In this document: in pieces, positions 1 through 13,300 of the stretch
Layout of the letters: each line of letters starts with the position of its first letter
Position numbering within the stretch: the first letter of the stretch is position 1
From: Ophelia neglecta
Lineage: Eukaryota
NCBI GenBank assembly: GCA_965285935.1
Contig: OZ260663.1
Location: 27,590,001-27,654,000, forward strand
DNA: 64,000 bases
Reading direction: 5' to 3'
Translations under genes and position numbers: made by a program
The notes under the pieces: generated by a model
The model's database searches: none
Seen by the model: only the letters and a program-made list of their open reading frames with translations
What the model was told of the DNA's origin: nothing

Positions 1-3000
1 ATAGCCTTAAAAATAAACTAATTAACTGCCTTTTTACTGCTCATTCAAATAAGGCCGTTAACAAAATATGCAGACACAAACTATAGGACTGTTTAGATAA
101 TCAAGTTTTAGGCACACCTTTCTTGATAGACTCACATAGCCTCTCTTGTCTCATAAGATTTTTCAGTAAATTCCTCTCTAAACTATGTTGCTTATTAATT
201 ATTTTTCGTGTCGACGTAAGCGGCATGTGGCCAGTGGCCGTGTATGGCCAAGTGGGGCCTAATGACAAAATACCTCGGACGGCGGTATGCGCCAAGACAC
301 CTCTCAGCCGACCAAAGCAACATAATCCGACCTACAAAAATGTGCCTTCTAAATTGTACGTATGCCGTTAGGATCAAAACTTGAATATTTGACTTTTTTG
401 TCTGTCCACATTTTCATTGGGTGTACCCAATAAACAAAAGGGGAGAGAGGTATTGGCTATAACAAAGCAATATACCATATCATTGATTACCCCCGCCGAG
501 GTGTTTATTGCGATGAAGCTAGCGGTAGAAAAGCCAGGTGATTGAGGGTGGGCTTGTCAGCGTGTCACCTCTCGCCCTGGTCTCGAGGGAATCTGCCCAC
601 CTCAGCTAAACACCTGGCAGCATCGATAATTAAATCAAGCGCGTAAAGTGATGACCAATTTTATTTTAATACTCATTCGACACGGTGCTAAATTGGGGGA
701 ATACATGGAATAAACCAGTGCTTCTTGTGATAGGCGAGGGGGTTATTGTATATATATATATACATGTATGGATGAAGGCTGGCCGAGCGTTCTTTGAGAG
801 TGCCAGCATGTACAGCACACAGACACTGGCTGTGACCTGTGTGCTATCACAATAGGATGAGGCAGCTAGCTCTACAGGTGCGCCATGTCACGCGGGTACA
901 CGTGTGCTGATATAAAACTGGGACACAGCCGTCATCGATATTTAAATCGGGGTGGTGGTATTTGGACAGCCAGCGCGGAGCCATGAGCAGACGATAGCTG
1001 CAGCCGAGACTTGGCACAGTATATCTATTGGTATTAAGGCACCCCTTCTAATAATCAATGAAAAGAGGAATTAACGGCAGGGGAAGCGGACAGACAGGGG
1101 CCAGATAGTTTGTGGCAGGCGTCCGTGCATTGTGCGATCTCTGAATGCATGAGATATGTACGTAGACCCATTGCCGACCACGTACATACACCCAGGACCC
1201 GGACCATCTGCTGCCGAACAAACAACGGTAAAGAGGGCCAAACTAAGCATATGCTTCCACACAGCTATTGATCGCGGCCCCAGAACAATGGACCCGCTAC
1301 ATTCGGTGGCTGCCAACTCGACCAGCTCCATCGTAAAGCCTTCCCCGCAGTGTGTGCCTCGCTCACTCCAGATCGTGGTCCTTTGTTCAGGCGACTGGCA
1401 TCGAGACCGTTCGTCCCTGTAGACCCAGTTCACCTGTAGCCACACACAATACATTGATGGCTGCTGTCACACAGAGCTCGGGTCCTCAATAACCTTGTTC
1501 TGTAGAGGAGTCAGACCGCCAGCTGACACTGGCGGCCGCTGCGGGCCCTCTTTTCCCTTGAAGAGAACTCTGCCTCCTTCGCTTGTCCTCCACCCAGTCT
1601 CATTGTAATCTGATGATCGCAGTCACCCCCTGAACTCCTAAACAATGACTCACCCATCGGCCATGCTTCTGTTATTTTTATCAGAGTCGGGCCAATAGAT
1701 TAACTATTCTGCTGCCAAACCCGTCTTGGTCTGCCACAAACCATACCTAACCCAAACCGCCCGCGCCATAACCCGGCTCTGCGTTAAACGCGATTACTTT
1801 TGACTTCAACCCTCTTTAAATTCAGCCGTGGTCCTTATTCAACGACCGGGCGCCTTTTTTTAACAACCCGACGGTCCCTAGACGGGCGTAACCATGTGAC
1901 GAGAATGGTGGCCACTTTGTAGTCACAGCCAATATTTGTATAAGCGAGCTCTCGACCACGACAGCCACACCCCGGCGTCCAAGGTTTAAGGTATAATCTT
2001 CCTGGTGAAATCATCATGCAATTCTATAGCTTTAGCTAGTCGGCAATGCCTGCGGAGACGGGGCACTAAGTAGGCGTGTACAAAACAAGTCACTTTGCCA
2101 GTGACGCTGCGACTTGCCCTCTCCTGGACTAATTTCACTCTTCTCAGAGTCTTTGGCTACCCTTTGGGGGGTGCCAGTGCTGATGAAAATGGGTTTGCTG
2201 CGGCGAGCAGCGAGCGAGCCAGGGCCAGCTTCCCGGAAAGACTCTCCGGGGCTGACTGCGGCGTGATGGGCTCTATTAGCGAGTCCATTTATTACAGATT
2301 ATCACCCTCGTAACCAAATCCGCCTTTTGGAAGGAAAGTCGTGTTCGCCGTGTGCGTTCTCTGGGGCTGTGTGGCCTTTCTCGTGGGAGGAGCTCTCCGC
2401 CAGCCCCACTAGCCTGGCGCTTACCGGAAGCCAGCTCGGCAGTGATGAGTTTTCATACCACTTCTACAAGGGCAGGTTTACATCCACGCAGATCTATCAA
2501 CTTGCTTATGATGTATTGTTTTCGTCATACCACACGATGTGTGCATACACTCGAGCGCCAATCTTAAAAAGCTATTACCTGAAAAGGGAGTTGTTTTTCT
2601 TAGCCAGCTCGTGCTCAATGGAGAAATTAAAAATTAAACATAAATAAATAATGATAACCATCTTAGACAGAGGAGGGACACGCTGATTTTCTCTGCATTG
2701 ACAAGTTACATGATGTGAGCGGTTACAATGTACGAGTCCCATGTAGGCCTAGTCGGTTGATGACACAATATGGGCGTTCACCCAATTCTTTAGTAAAGTG
2801 GGCATTTGGTTTGCGGGGTGTTAAAAAATGCCAGGTGGAAATGGCTAGAACATCATGCTTTGGCCAGCGTGTAAATGCACCCAATATAACACCGATAATA
2901 ATCATCAATTAGAAAGATTGGTTTGCTGGCAGACGACATTTAGCTGATACCAAGGCGGCAGCCGGCTTTGTTTGTGCAGCCATTGCCGACCAGGCGACAT

Positions 3001-4718
3001 AACACCAGCTCAGCTTGCCGCGCCCCTCCGAAGCCAAATTATCTTCGCCACAGACGCACCTATGCCACAGCAGAAAGATAAAGCTGTCCATAAAGCATTT
3101 CAGGCAGTGGGAAGACGCAATATAAATGATAAGAGTCATTTTATCGCGTGTGGACCTGACTCATGCATGGCCTGATGGTAACAGATCTCTGGGCGAGCGC
3201 CACAAGACTTACATGACGCTTGTTATTTCCTTTTAGCGAAGCACTCCGGCGATGTATGCTAGCCTTTGCCAGAGGGATATTTAGGGGTTCCAAGATGAGG
3301 CGAAATTAGAATCCATTTCAGGAACCGAAGCGGGTCGTTTGCCAAGGGATCCCGAGCTTTCAGCCGGTGAGCAGCTTGTAATTATGTCGAACAGGAAAAC
3401 ACAAAGTGCCGGCAAAGCTGCATTACAAGAAGAGTAAGGCTAGCCAATGCCCAGGAGAGACAAAATGGCGCTCCGAATTCGCCGAGGAAAGCAGTGTTTG
3501 GAGAGGTACAACTTATTGTAGATAAAGGCAAGAGGTCTCACCGGATATTTTCATTGAATTCTATTTTAGGCTTTCAACTATATTGCAAGGACTTACTCGA
3601 TTACCAAGCACGACTGCCTCGTAGGCACACTGCCTTGCACAAGAGAATAAAGCGAATGGGTGTGCTGCTGTCAGAGGCGATGTGTGTCAAGGGTCGGGGC
3701 CTTACAGGGGTGTCTTCTCTATCACCCAGGCTGGCAGCCATTGCTGACTAGCTGGCGCCGGCAAGTATGCACAACATGGACACAGGCTGATGGGGCGATC
3801 CCTTCAAGTCCTCGCCATCTAATAAGCTAGCTCAGCTCTTCCACTACCTCCATAAGAGAGGCCTGACCCTTGACCTGCCACGACCAGACGGCCCAAGCAG
3901 GCATAGGCCGAGACATACTGCCACTAAAATGCCAATGAACTAGGCTCCCATATCCAGTAAATGCAAAGGCCATTTTCATCAACTGTTTTAAACGCGGCCG
4001 ATTGTAGGGATGTCGTCGGGTTACTGCTGAGTGCCTTATGCATTCCGGATACTTTACGTATCACCAGTTCTCCATTTATCTCGAGACTACTTCCTTTAGC
4101 TGGGGTTTTGGTGAGCTAGATAAAAGCTCGAATTGTGCCTGCGACCGCTATTAAGCGTATTGATTAACGTGTTGCTTGTAACCATGCAAAGCGTCATTTG
4201 GAGTTTTCAATAAAAGTGTTTCATTGTGTCAGCTGGCTCTATATGCTCAGGACTAAACACCCTGTAAATCAAGGAAATCTCGCGAGAAGGAAATGTTCAG
4301 GGGTAGAAATATTCCCCTTGGTGCTGCCTACTCCACTGCTTTCAGTTTTTCAATCTAGGGGAGGAGGAGGAGGGGGGGGGGGGTGTTTGCGGATCATTAG
4401 CTGACTCTGGGCCGCTCCTCTCCCTCGGTAGCCCTCTTTGGCAACTGGCCAATAGGGCAACCTGTTGACAGGCTGGTCTACTTCTGGGGACTCGAAGGGT
4501 CGAGCTATGATGTGCCAGATATTAAACTAATATATCGCATCAGTGAATGTGGGCAGCACCACCGGGAATGATTCGCACTGAAACGTAGGGAAAACGTTCC
4601 TACAAGAGATTCCCCTACTGGAGGCTGTATTACAAATAACATCACGGTCTACTTCACCTTTCGTATATTTTATGCCAAAAAGATTGGTTTTTAACAGTAC
4701 GTTCCTTTTCCGTTCCAG

Positions 4719-7700
4719 CGGAGCTAGCAGACGTTGCCGAGACCAAGCCAATTAAAATACAAGTTGACCTGCAGAACAGAATTTGTCCAGGTATGACTGA
4801 AAAGGATGTGGCAGACGACTCAGTGGTGATGGCGGAGAGGAATGGAAACGGGATGGCGGAACCGGAAGAGAAGCCATTAAACATGGTAGCACCTGTGCGC
4901 GAGGACAAGGGACACCCCGAGAGGAAACGCCGGGCCAGTGACGACAGTATTGACGTGAGTTTACACACAGCTATAAGCTCGAGCCAGCCATATGTTAGCA
5001 TCCGAGCAGTAGGCCTATAATGTATTAATAGTTGCCTACTCCGAGCAACTGTTCAGCTCTGTCGGGTTATTATAATACTGCAATGATAGATATTGAAATG
5101 TAAACCTGACTTAGAAATAAGATATAGTATTTGTGAGATCAGCTCGCGAGTTAGGTGAATGACCGCAGCTCGGTTCTTCATTTCATTTTTATATTTCTGT
5201 TACGTGCAGAGTTCCACAAAGGCTAGCGAGAGTGCCGCCGATGACGCTAAAGATGATGATGATGAAAATGACGACGAAGAGGATGAAAAACTTCAATCAC
5301 GTGACCCGGAAAGATTGAAATCGTTTAATGTACGTCTGCTTTTATCAAAATAGTTCTCACGTGTTTCCTTGGATTTAAAAAATATGTGCACATATATATA
5401 ACTAATGGTCTGCCAGCTTAACTGCATAAGCGAGAAATGTTACAGCACATTTTGAAGCCGTAGCGAATAAATTTTAGGCCAAGTTATAAGACACTCCTAG
5501 AAGGTGGTAATGACAGACACATTATTGATGAACATGCAAACCTTTTCTCGTTAGCACAAGCCATAATTACATTTAACGAATGTTTTAATATTGATGCAAC
5601 CAGTTATATAATATCGTTAATTCAAGCGTTAATTCTTTCGACCATGCCTTCAAAACCAATATGAAACATGTCCAAACTTATTGCAATCCTGGAGTCTGCT
5701 CTGTCCATGCTTATGGGAAACTAAATTCCATGTATTTGGCTACCTGTGATGACATCTGTTTTAAAAATAATTTGTTTTTTAGTGTCCACTTGATACTGAT
5801 GTTAATGTTTTCATTTCCAGATGTTTTGTCGTCTGTTTGTCGACGAGAACTTGGACCGGTCAGTACCCATATCTAAACAACCCAAAGACAAAATTCAGGC
5901 CATTCTCGAGGCTTGCGATCGACAATTCCCGGAATTCCACGAAAGATCCCGAAAGCGAATCCGAACTTACCTGAAGTCTTGCCGTCGTATGAGGCGGTCC
6001 AAGGAGGCCAATGGATGGGAACAGGTACTGGCTTACGTCTCTCTTTTAATAAACACAATGTACAAATCTTCTTTGTTGGAAAAATCAACAGGTGTCCGTT
6101 GTATGATATGGAATGATTCAACCATTCATGACTTTCAAGATGGTGTTTTGAAAAGATGACAATTTAAAAGAATTTATTTAAAACCCTATTTTTTGGCGTG
6201 TCCTACGTTTTAATAAGTTCTACCTTCTTTCCGATCAGCCTCGCGTAAGTATTAATACACAATTCAACACAATTTGCACATGACACATTAGACCAGGTGC
6301 AATTATTTAAGAACATGATTTATTAATTGAATCAATTACCCAATACCTAAGGCGGCAATCACTCTGGCTATGCTTGCACTCAATCACATAGAGGGAATGT
6401 TTTTTTATGATTTGAACATAAATAATTTTAATGACCGTTAACATTGGTTCATTTGGTTGATATTACTTTTGATGCAATTGGTTGTTCCCCCCTTTGAAGT
6501 GTAGATTCTAATTTTGGTGGTGTTGGCTAATTATTGAAAATAATCTAAGTATATGTTTACCAACTAATGTTTATTTTCAATAAAAATTAAATACTCGCAT
6601 TGAGCTTTGGAATATATGTATGCTAAAATTTATTTAGTCCATGTTGGGCATATCTTTTTAAAAGTCTGTGGCAAGGAGTTAATTTTTTATATACATAAAC
6701 ACTGTGTAAGCTAAACAAACTGTAATCAAAATGCTATAAAGAACCAGAATCAGAACAATGTCGGCGAGCGCTTAGGAATTTTTTATTATAATTACACTAA
6801 TAAATAATTACATTTTTTTGTTGCAGTTGCGCCCAACTCCTCCTCATCTTACGTCTGCTGCTGCTGAAAGTATTCTCGCCCAAGCCTGCGAGAACGAGAG
6901 TAACAATGCCAAGAGAATGCGCATGGGCCTTGACCCACTTCCGGCTAATGTGAGTTTGCTTTACGTGTTTCTCATTTGAGTAAAATATCCTGTCTCCCTT
7001 TCAAAACAGAAGTCATATATATGTTATGGTAGGACATGTGTGTTACTTTTTACATGGGAACATGTGTCTACAGATGCTTTGTTTTTCTTCTCAGGTAATG
7101 TGTACTGGGAACCACTTATCGTCTAGTTCCACGGTCACTCCATCCAAGTCACCCCAAGTATCGCCCTCCTCGAGTCTGAAGCAGCCTCGCGAGCACGTGG
7201 CAGTACAACAGGCATCGCCAAATGGGCACGGGCAGACTGATCGCCAAACACCTGTTGGAAGCGGAAGTGACTTCATGAGACATGCGCCGCCATCAGCCCC
7301 GACAGCATTCCGCCCTCCCCACGAGCTGCCTTCGCCGTTTTTCACCAACAGCAATGGTATTTTTCGACCAGGGTTTCCTTCTGCGACCTACCAGCACCCA
7401 GCCCATCACCACCCACCAACCATCCAGCACGCGACTCCTCTCGCCACTCAGATACAAAACGGTAAGTGCCTTAGCAAGTATACTACTGCATCTACACTTC
7501 TGCATTATTCAACACTGATATCGATATATGAGAGTTTCGCATAGCACCCACTTGACAATTGTGACTATACTACTCCTTTAAACGTCTATTGTTACTACTT
7601 TCATACGCCTTTTACTTTTGTTTCGTCATTTGTTGAAGTACTGCTATTACATACATTACAGGCCCTACTGATCTGAGCATGAAGAGCGGCGGGAAAAGTT

Positions 7701-7840
7701 CAACCACTGGGTCCAAGAATCAGTTGAATCAAACCGAGGTCGCCACCATCAAACAACTGATCGCCGGGTACAGAGAGTCGGCCGCATTTCTCTATCGGTC
7801 AGCAGACGAACTAGAACAACTACTACTGCAGCAGAACTAA
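4719..7840 (+). CDS. NOL4: Nucleolar protein 4 / NOL4-like, 5'-partial; exons 4719-4954, 5210-5329, 5821-6024, 6827-6949, 7095-7461, 7662-7840
   Basis: All junctions are GT-AG and phase-compatible. The spliced product contains the NOL4 signatures [66 protein letters not shown] and [23 protein letters not shown], and ends PTDLSMK...[30 protein letters not shown]. The first exon shown follows an acceptor (ccttttccgttccag) and is open upstream of ATG 4793, so further exons probably lie 5'. Confidence 0.93.
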
Positions 7841-9960
7841 AAGGAGCCATGCCTCCCGGAATAGGAATACGGAATAGGACACGACGGTGTCCTATCTGCA
7901 TACATCTTAATTTGGAACTTTTATGTCTGCAAACTACTCACTCAGGATACTGACACATTGCACGATACTGGTGCTGGGCTCTTCAATCATGTGGGTGCTT
8001 GGGTGTTTATAACATAGGACCACGGCGTCATTTCCGGTACGGCCACCGTCTGTGCTTGTCTAGACGCTGTTGTTTTGTACCCTCTTCTTTTAAATACAAA
8101 CATATAGTGCATATGCAAGGATAGTTTCAATCTCAAAGACTAGTAGATGCATATGGAATACATTTTGCCCAGCACCATATGTGTAGACGAGCAGCAAAGG
8201 CAAGGGACAGTTCCCTTAATACAATTAGGCAATCTAAGGCATTACATATACGTTAACCAAAGAATGGGGGTTCTAGTCAAATGCTTGTAGTAATCTCATC
8301 AACCCAGAGTCACATAACTGAACCTACATGTCATGGCCACAGAATTTGGCCCAAAGTTGCACCTGGCGGTTATGTAAGTTGATATATAAAGAAGTCTATG
8401 GGGTTTTCCCTGTATATATGTGCCAGTGTATTGTCATGTGAAGTGCCTGTCCGACTTACGTCACATTTTGACTAATAGTGATGCTATTTTTGTACTCACG
8501 TTTTTCTTGCGCCGGGCCTCTAGACCAATGGGATCAATCTAGCCACAGGTATATGGTAATATTTTTCACGTTTGGAAGTGTACTAGGTCTGTTTATGTAT
8601 ACATGTAAATATAAAATATACAAAGCCTATATTTAACTAACACGGTTATATATAAAATAAAATATGAAAAACATTGCTATCACTCGTAAACTCCCTCATC
8701 CCCTTGCTGGCTTGTGCTTCCACGCAGCTGCAACTATTTGCTTTCCACATTCGATGCAAGACATTCCGACAAAAATTATTACTATGTGTTCTGTGTAGAT
8801 TTCATAGCTAGAGAGGTTGAAGTCGATGATGTTTTGAGGACACCTTTGTTTATTTCTAGTCAAACGCTTTTTATCCCCTCACTTGTGTTTAACCTGAATT
8901 GTTAACTTGTTTATATAGAAAATAAGGACCCACTTTGTTGGCATACATATTATCGCTTCTGTTTTGCGAGTGAAATCAGCAGGTGTGAGATCATGTATTT
9001 TTGTGAGATATGTAAATTGGGAATAACTGAGGGTAAATGGTGCTCTGATAAGAAAATTATTTAGTAGACCTATACGTTAGTAAACAGATGTGGTAATTTT
9101 TCGACATCATAGAATGGGTGTTATTTGTTTGATTGAAATAACAAGGCAGGGTTAGTATTTTATTTTATATAGCTAAGATTCCAAATGTGCATTAAACTGG
9201 TTTGAACTTTTTAATATGTTATTTATTATGTGGTATGGCATTAACTTATTAAGTTGAGCAAACATGCTTCTAGTCACTGTAAAAAAAATTTAATCAGACC
9301 CCTATTTTTTGCTGCCAATGTTATTTGCTACCTCAGAATAGAATATGTGTGATTGTAACATTGGCAATTGGCATTTGGCATTTGATTGTTTGATCTCCGA
9401 GGGTAATTAGTCAGAATATGACCGAATATTTTCTAGTCAAGAACCAATCACAACAAGTGTCCAAGTGATCTATTTATGGATGGTGGTTATGATACAGGTT
9501 AATGAAGTGGATTTTTTATCGTTCTCCAGTAAGGAAAAATAAATAGGGTTCGGGTGGCCATTATGAATCAATTTTGATTTGATAATGTTACGTTAATGAT
9601 ATTGATACAATTAGTAGCGTGGATTACATGTCTCTGATGTATAGTCTGGCAGGATTGCTTAAACATATTGTTAAACTATTAAGCATTTTAGTACGTCATT
9701 GAGTCGTATATAAATGAGGGCGGTACCGGTTTATAAAAAAAACTTGTTTGTCAGATATTGATATTTATATTTCCAAATTGATTTTGTATATTATTTGCCA
9801 ATGGTGTTGTATTTTTAATTATTGTAAGTATACTTGGCTCACGGTCCAAATTATTTACGTTATTTATTGTTTAGTACGCACATCTGGGCCACTGTCAGAT
9901 TTACGCCTTGTTGTAAGAACTAAATTGATTGAAATAAAATGCACTAGTCATTTATTGAAG
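7841..9960 (+). other. NOL4 3'UTR (about 2.1 kb)
   Basis: AU-rich and repeat-free downstream of the stop. AATAAA at 9933-9938 is followed by T/GT-rich sequence. The end is approximate. Confidence 0.6.
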
Positions 9961-10138
9961 CATTTTGTCATTTTTGTGTCTACCGACAAACATTTTTATA
10001 TATTATTGGTGTTATGAAGCTTCATGTAGTTTATATTACAGAATAGCTTCTAGTCGGGAACCGATGGCAACATACTGACAAAGTAATCTATTAACAAGTG
10101 GTTGTTGGTTGTAATTCATGTTTCTAGCGAGCAAAGTA

Positions 10139-10318
10139 CAGTGAAACCTGTGAATTAAGACCACCCAGGGGCTGGAAAATACTGGTCTGATTTCAGAGGT
10201 GGTCTGTTTAGACAGTTTTTTTTTAATACAGAAAGTATACATCATGGTCCTTATATTAGTGGTCTGAATTGACAGGTGGTCTGAGTGTAGAGGTGGTCTT
10301 TAAGGCAGGTTTCCAGGG
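10139..10318 (+). mobile_element. Tc1/mariner(pogo)-type MITE family A, copy 1
   Basis: TA-CAGTGAAACCTG... to ...CAGGTTTCCAGGG-TA degenerate TIR with internal GTGGTCT repeats. Homologous to the copies at 14706, 39343 and 61217. Confidence 0.8.
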
Positions 10319-13300
10319 TAACGTCCTTTGACTAAGTTCAAATGTGTGAATAGAGACAGACTGAGCTGCCACTCGAAACCAATATACGGACTCCATCAAA
10401 CAGGTTTATATCCCTTCTCTAAAGTATTTCAATAAACTATGATATTGTATACGATGATATAATAGTATTGTAAAAATAGAGCATACTAGATCATAACAGC
10501 CAACAGCAGGCGTGGCATTTCTAAAGATAATCCCAGGTCATTATTATTGTAGCCAATTTTATAATGCTAGTTCGCCATGGCAAGAATTCTAACAAAAATC
10601 TACTTCATCAGAAGATAGGAAAACTAATTATGATACTATCAGTATATTAAATGTACGTTTGCTATTTTTAATTTCGTTACAAACTTTATTGTGTGTGGGC
10701 CTGCAGCTGAAAGTTCCTTATGAATTCAGGCTAAATTAATTAACAATTTTTGGTTAGGAGTTTGCTTTATGGGGCGGTTATTCTCTCCTGATTTTTTGCC
10801 AAATAAATATATTAATACCATACATTCTTAAAGCGTGTCCACGTAAATAGTCATATCGAAACTAGGTTAAGGAAGAGGTTTACAACAAAAATTGGAAGAA
10901 TTTAAAGTTTATTGTTTCTTTAAAATACGTTAACATCATTATATGAATGTGAGAAATCAAATTATGTGATTGTGTGTAGCTTTCGATTTTAAACTTAAAA
11001 GACATTATCTTGTGACCTCCGAACGATTAGTCTCCTCAAATTAGATAACTTATATACAAATAATTGTGACTTTCCATGTCTATAGACATCATATCAGGAT
11101 ATTTCTAACAATAACATGTTTGCATTTAAATCCAGTTTTCACTAGTCAGTAGTGAAACAAGATATCATGTCATATCTGTACATTTCTTAATCTTCAGCTC
11201 GCTTTTAACAAGTGCAGCAATTGTGTAGTGGTGACGGTCGGTTTTAGCCAATGAGAAGAAAGCTTATATAATACATCCTTGTAATACCAGCGAAATGTTT
11301 CTGTAATATCGTTATGATTCGAGAATGCTTGGCGGAACCGGAAGTATTTTTCTAAGAATAGAGGTGGTCAATGCGAGACTGCATTTATCTCATTATTTAT
11401 ATTATTGGGCGGATAAACTTTGGTGTATAAACTATGCATTTATCATATAATTTATATTATCAAGCCGATAAACTCTAAAGTGTAAACTTTGAAAGACTAT
11501 GTATTCAAGAGTAAGAATATCAAGGCAAAACAAAAAGGTAAAGGAACAGATATAATCTATGAATTTGGCTAATCAGATGAAATTAAACAGGTCGAGCTGT
11601 GCAGAAGCTAATAATCTTCATGACAACAGTGGAACCAGAAACCAGAAGTTTATAACAAATGTATTAAGGCGGAAAAACCATGTGGGAATTCTTGGAAAAA
11701 CACATACAGAAGGTTAGTAACCTTACAAGATGGAATAGATACTTTTCACATAAAATAGCCATTTGCACTTAAAGACGTTGTCTTTTAAGGCAAAGCCAGA
11801 AATTACCATATCATATAACACATACGACTTAGGAAAAAAACTAAATATATAAGGAATGTCAAATCAGTGGATGTGAAGGAATAAAAATCACAGAATAAAC
11901 GTCGAAAAGTGCCTAAAGGAGATACTAAATGGATATACAGAATATGAGAAGGCAAACTTAAACGTGATAGAAGCATGAGTGACTTAGTAATGTATGTCGG
12001 CCGTACGCGCTATCACAGATGTGTATACATGAACATCTCTGGTCCTATGTATAATACATAACCAGGTGATCGGGAGATGTGACGAAACAATGCCACGGAT
12101 GAAAACATAGATACAAAGGATGTTTTAATAGAGGAATAAAAAGGTAACCGAATAGGTATAATTCACACATTAATAATGTCCTTCCATGGACTTCCAATGT
12201 GTCGAAACGGGGGTTTAAGATATTAACATAAGCGTCATGACAATTGAGTAGATAAATAAGAAGCAAAAACAAGACCTTTCCAATTGTCACTACTTTTCTA
12301 TGATATCAACCAAAAAATATGTCATATGTATTTACTTTCTCCACTTTAAAATAGAAAAAAAATGATAGAATATAAATCAATAGATATAAAATGACAGACT
12401 AGTCAGGAGTGGTTCTCAACAGCGTCCTGTTTAATTGAAGATACTATGCCAAGTGTAAGTTAATATTAACAATACCAAATCCGATATGTAATCCTGTTTA
12501 CTTTTAATTAGTTTCAATAAAAGACATATCTGTGTTAGAAAAAAGGTGGCGTCAAAGCACATATCTATACAATTCAACGCTCTGGGAGCCACAGCCGGAG
12601 GTTATATAACCGTCAAAAACCGTATTTTACGTTGCAAGTCCTAGGTCCAACGGCCAGACCATGAGAATAATTTGATGACTTCTTGGGTTTACTATACGTA
12701 CTTTATATGATAGATACATAAATACGTTGTATAACAAAATTTTAGTAATCTCGTTGCCAGCATAGTGAGCCCTGATTGTTCGAAACGCACAACAACCCCA
12801 AATGTTGACTTCTCATTGGTTTATTACTGGACATTAAATAAGGCACAGAGGTATTCTGAGAAGATGGAATGAAGAACCAAGCCCGGCATTAGCGCTTCGG
12901 AACAGCTTCTCTACTCAGAAAAGTTTTACTCCATGCTGCGTTCAAAATAATAAGCTCATCGATACACATTATATGTAATTAGCCTAAAATTCTGGATTCC
13001 GTGTCGCAGTTTAACATATATTGTAATCGACATTTTGCGCTGCAAAACTTTCACTTGACAATACAAATAATATATGTCTTATATATATATATTTTCTAGC
13101 AAATCCCCGACTCATATTTTCACTGGGGTTTGATTACATTTATAATGTGTTTCTTCAATTATCGCTGTGTTACAGGCGAAGTTATAATTTGTCTTTGTCA
13201 TGCCAAAAAGTGCACATGGTTCAATGACGCAAATGTGTCATCTTGACGTACATAATTTGTAGTCCTATTTATTTTACTTTCCAACCAATTAATAATATCG

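Noticed and set aside
101-4404. Numerous 60-127 aa ORFs upstream of the NOL4 exons
   Set aside because: No NOL4 N-terminal similarity recognised and no consistent splice chain; such ORFs are expected in GC-richer non-coding DNA.
11440-12290. A-rich coding-like segment, possibly a decayed retroelement
   Set aside because: Many stops and no diagnostic motif I could confirm; not assigned.
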